NCBI GenBank assembly: GCA_951406725.2
Contig: OX597838.1
Span: forward strand, 41,788,001 to 41,852,000
Direction of reading: 5' to 3'
Length of the DNA: 64,000 nucleotides
Origin: Octopus vulgaris
Taxonomy: Eukaryota
The position numbers were made by a program, and so were the translations under genes. Below the pieces are notes generated by a model, which worked only from the letters and a program-made list of their open reading frames with translations, was not told where the DNA came from and ran no database searches. Numbering within the stretch: position 1 is the stretch's first letter; every line of letters begins with the position of its first letter. Below are positions 62,725-64,000 of this stretch, in pieces.

Positions 62725-64000
62725 GTAAAAGTCACTAAATTTTTTCTCTGCCTTAACCTAAAATTTAAATCTAAACCTAGAACCACAAACTCTTAGTGTC
62801 TCATCAGTCAAAGGAGACCTTTGACTGATGAGACACAACTATGTTGAAACACAGGGTGCCCCAGGGCATCATTGTGCTAATGAATCTAGTGAGTTATGAA
62901 CCCATTAGATTAATTTCAAAGGACAAGTTGCTCTCCTCTGATGAAACTGCGAATACCAGCTTCATGTTTGAATCTATTTGAATATATTAAGAACAAGTTT
63001 GAAATTCATTGTTGTATATCTTTTAAAAAAAACCCAGAAAATCCATTTAAGAACATATAAAACTCTGTCAGCAACAATCAACACCAAGAAGTGTAAAGAG
63101 ATGATGTTATATCATTGATCTCTACAAATATTGGTTGAGAAAGAATTCTAATAATAATGATGATGATGATGATGACAATAGTGACCACCACCACCTAATT
63201 TACTTTGCAGTTGTGGGTTCAGTTTTTATTATGGCTGGTTTTTCTTTCTCTTCTCCTGGGTCAATGAAATAATTCTTTCTAAATTTGGATTAAAGCCAGT
63301 TATTTGGGGGGGGGCGGGGTTAAGATGATTCCTTCAACCCCAATATATAACTGGTATTTATTTTATTAACCCCCAAAAGTATGAAAGGCAAAGTTGACAC
63401 TCGGTGGTGTTTGAACTCAGAACATAAAGAGCTGGAAGTAATGCCACTAAGCATTTTGTCCCATCATCATCATCACCATCGTTTAACGTCCGCTTTCCAT
63501 GCTAGCATGGGTTGGACGGTTCGACTGAGGACTGGTGAACCAGATGGCTGCACCAGGCTCCACACAGTAACATTTCTGCCAGCTCACCATCAATGGAATA
63601 ATATAATATTGAGATAGATATAGCTATTGGGGGACACACAACATGCTGGTTATAAACACTGTAACTTACAACCAGAAAGTAGTTTAAAGAATTCTTTGGA
63701 ATAAAAGAGCCAAGATTAATTTTGACAAGGTGGGGGTTAATTAATTAATTAATTAAGTACATGATTGGGTCATATTTTATTGAGCTTGAGAGGAAAATGC
63801 CAAGTAAACTCTGGTTGAATTTAAATTGAAAATACAGAAACATGGAACTGAAAATTAAAAACTGAAACTATTGATTATAGGAAAGACTTGTTTCTGACAA
63901 CACTGAAACAAGTGTTAAAAAAAAAGGGTAAAAGATAGGTTTGTGTAGCATCTCTGATCATTCTAGGCAGAACGAGTAGAGAAAATGAGACCATCTACCA

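Overview
AT-rich, repeat-dense animal genomic DNA, most likely an octopus; this is inferred from the SINE/RTE repertoire and microsatellite density, not from a search. Two spliced + strand genes could be assembled by hand. The first is a complete secreted protein of 137 aa with two Kazal domains (CDS exons 270-306, 9774-9885, 10537-10734, 12826-12892), with a probable 3'UTR intron to ~21738. The second is the motor domain of a KIF12-like kinesin: nine well-supported exons at 42334-62724 plus a probable 8-nt first coding exon at 22713-22720, continuing past the window. Introns are filled with tRNA-derived SINEs, RTE, Hero and Dong/R4 LINE pieces, Tc1/mariner and piggyBac remnants, a non-autonomous Helitron, solo LTRs, foldback elements and Penelope-like (PLE) fragments. 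Most long ORFs in the track are microsatellite or transposon artefacts. The most interesting signals are several minimal hammerhead-ribozyme motifs of PLE type (one apparently intact, one inverted pair, one core variant, one masked by a hairpin), a PHD-type C4HC3 finger inserted inside an RTE reverse transcriptase, and a solo LTR rich in promoter motifs next to the kinesin's probable first exon. I found no CRISPR array and no prokaryote-like novel system.
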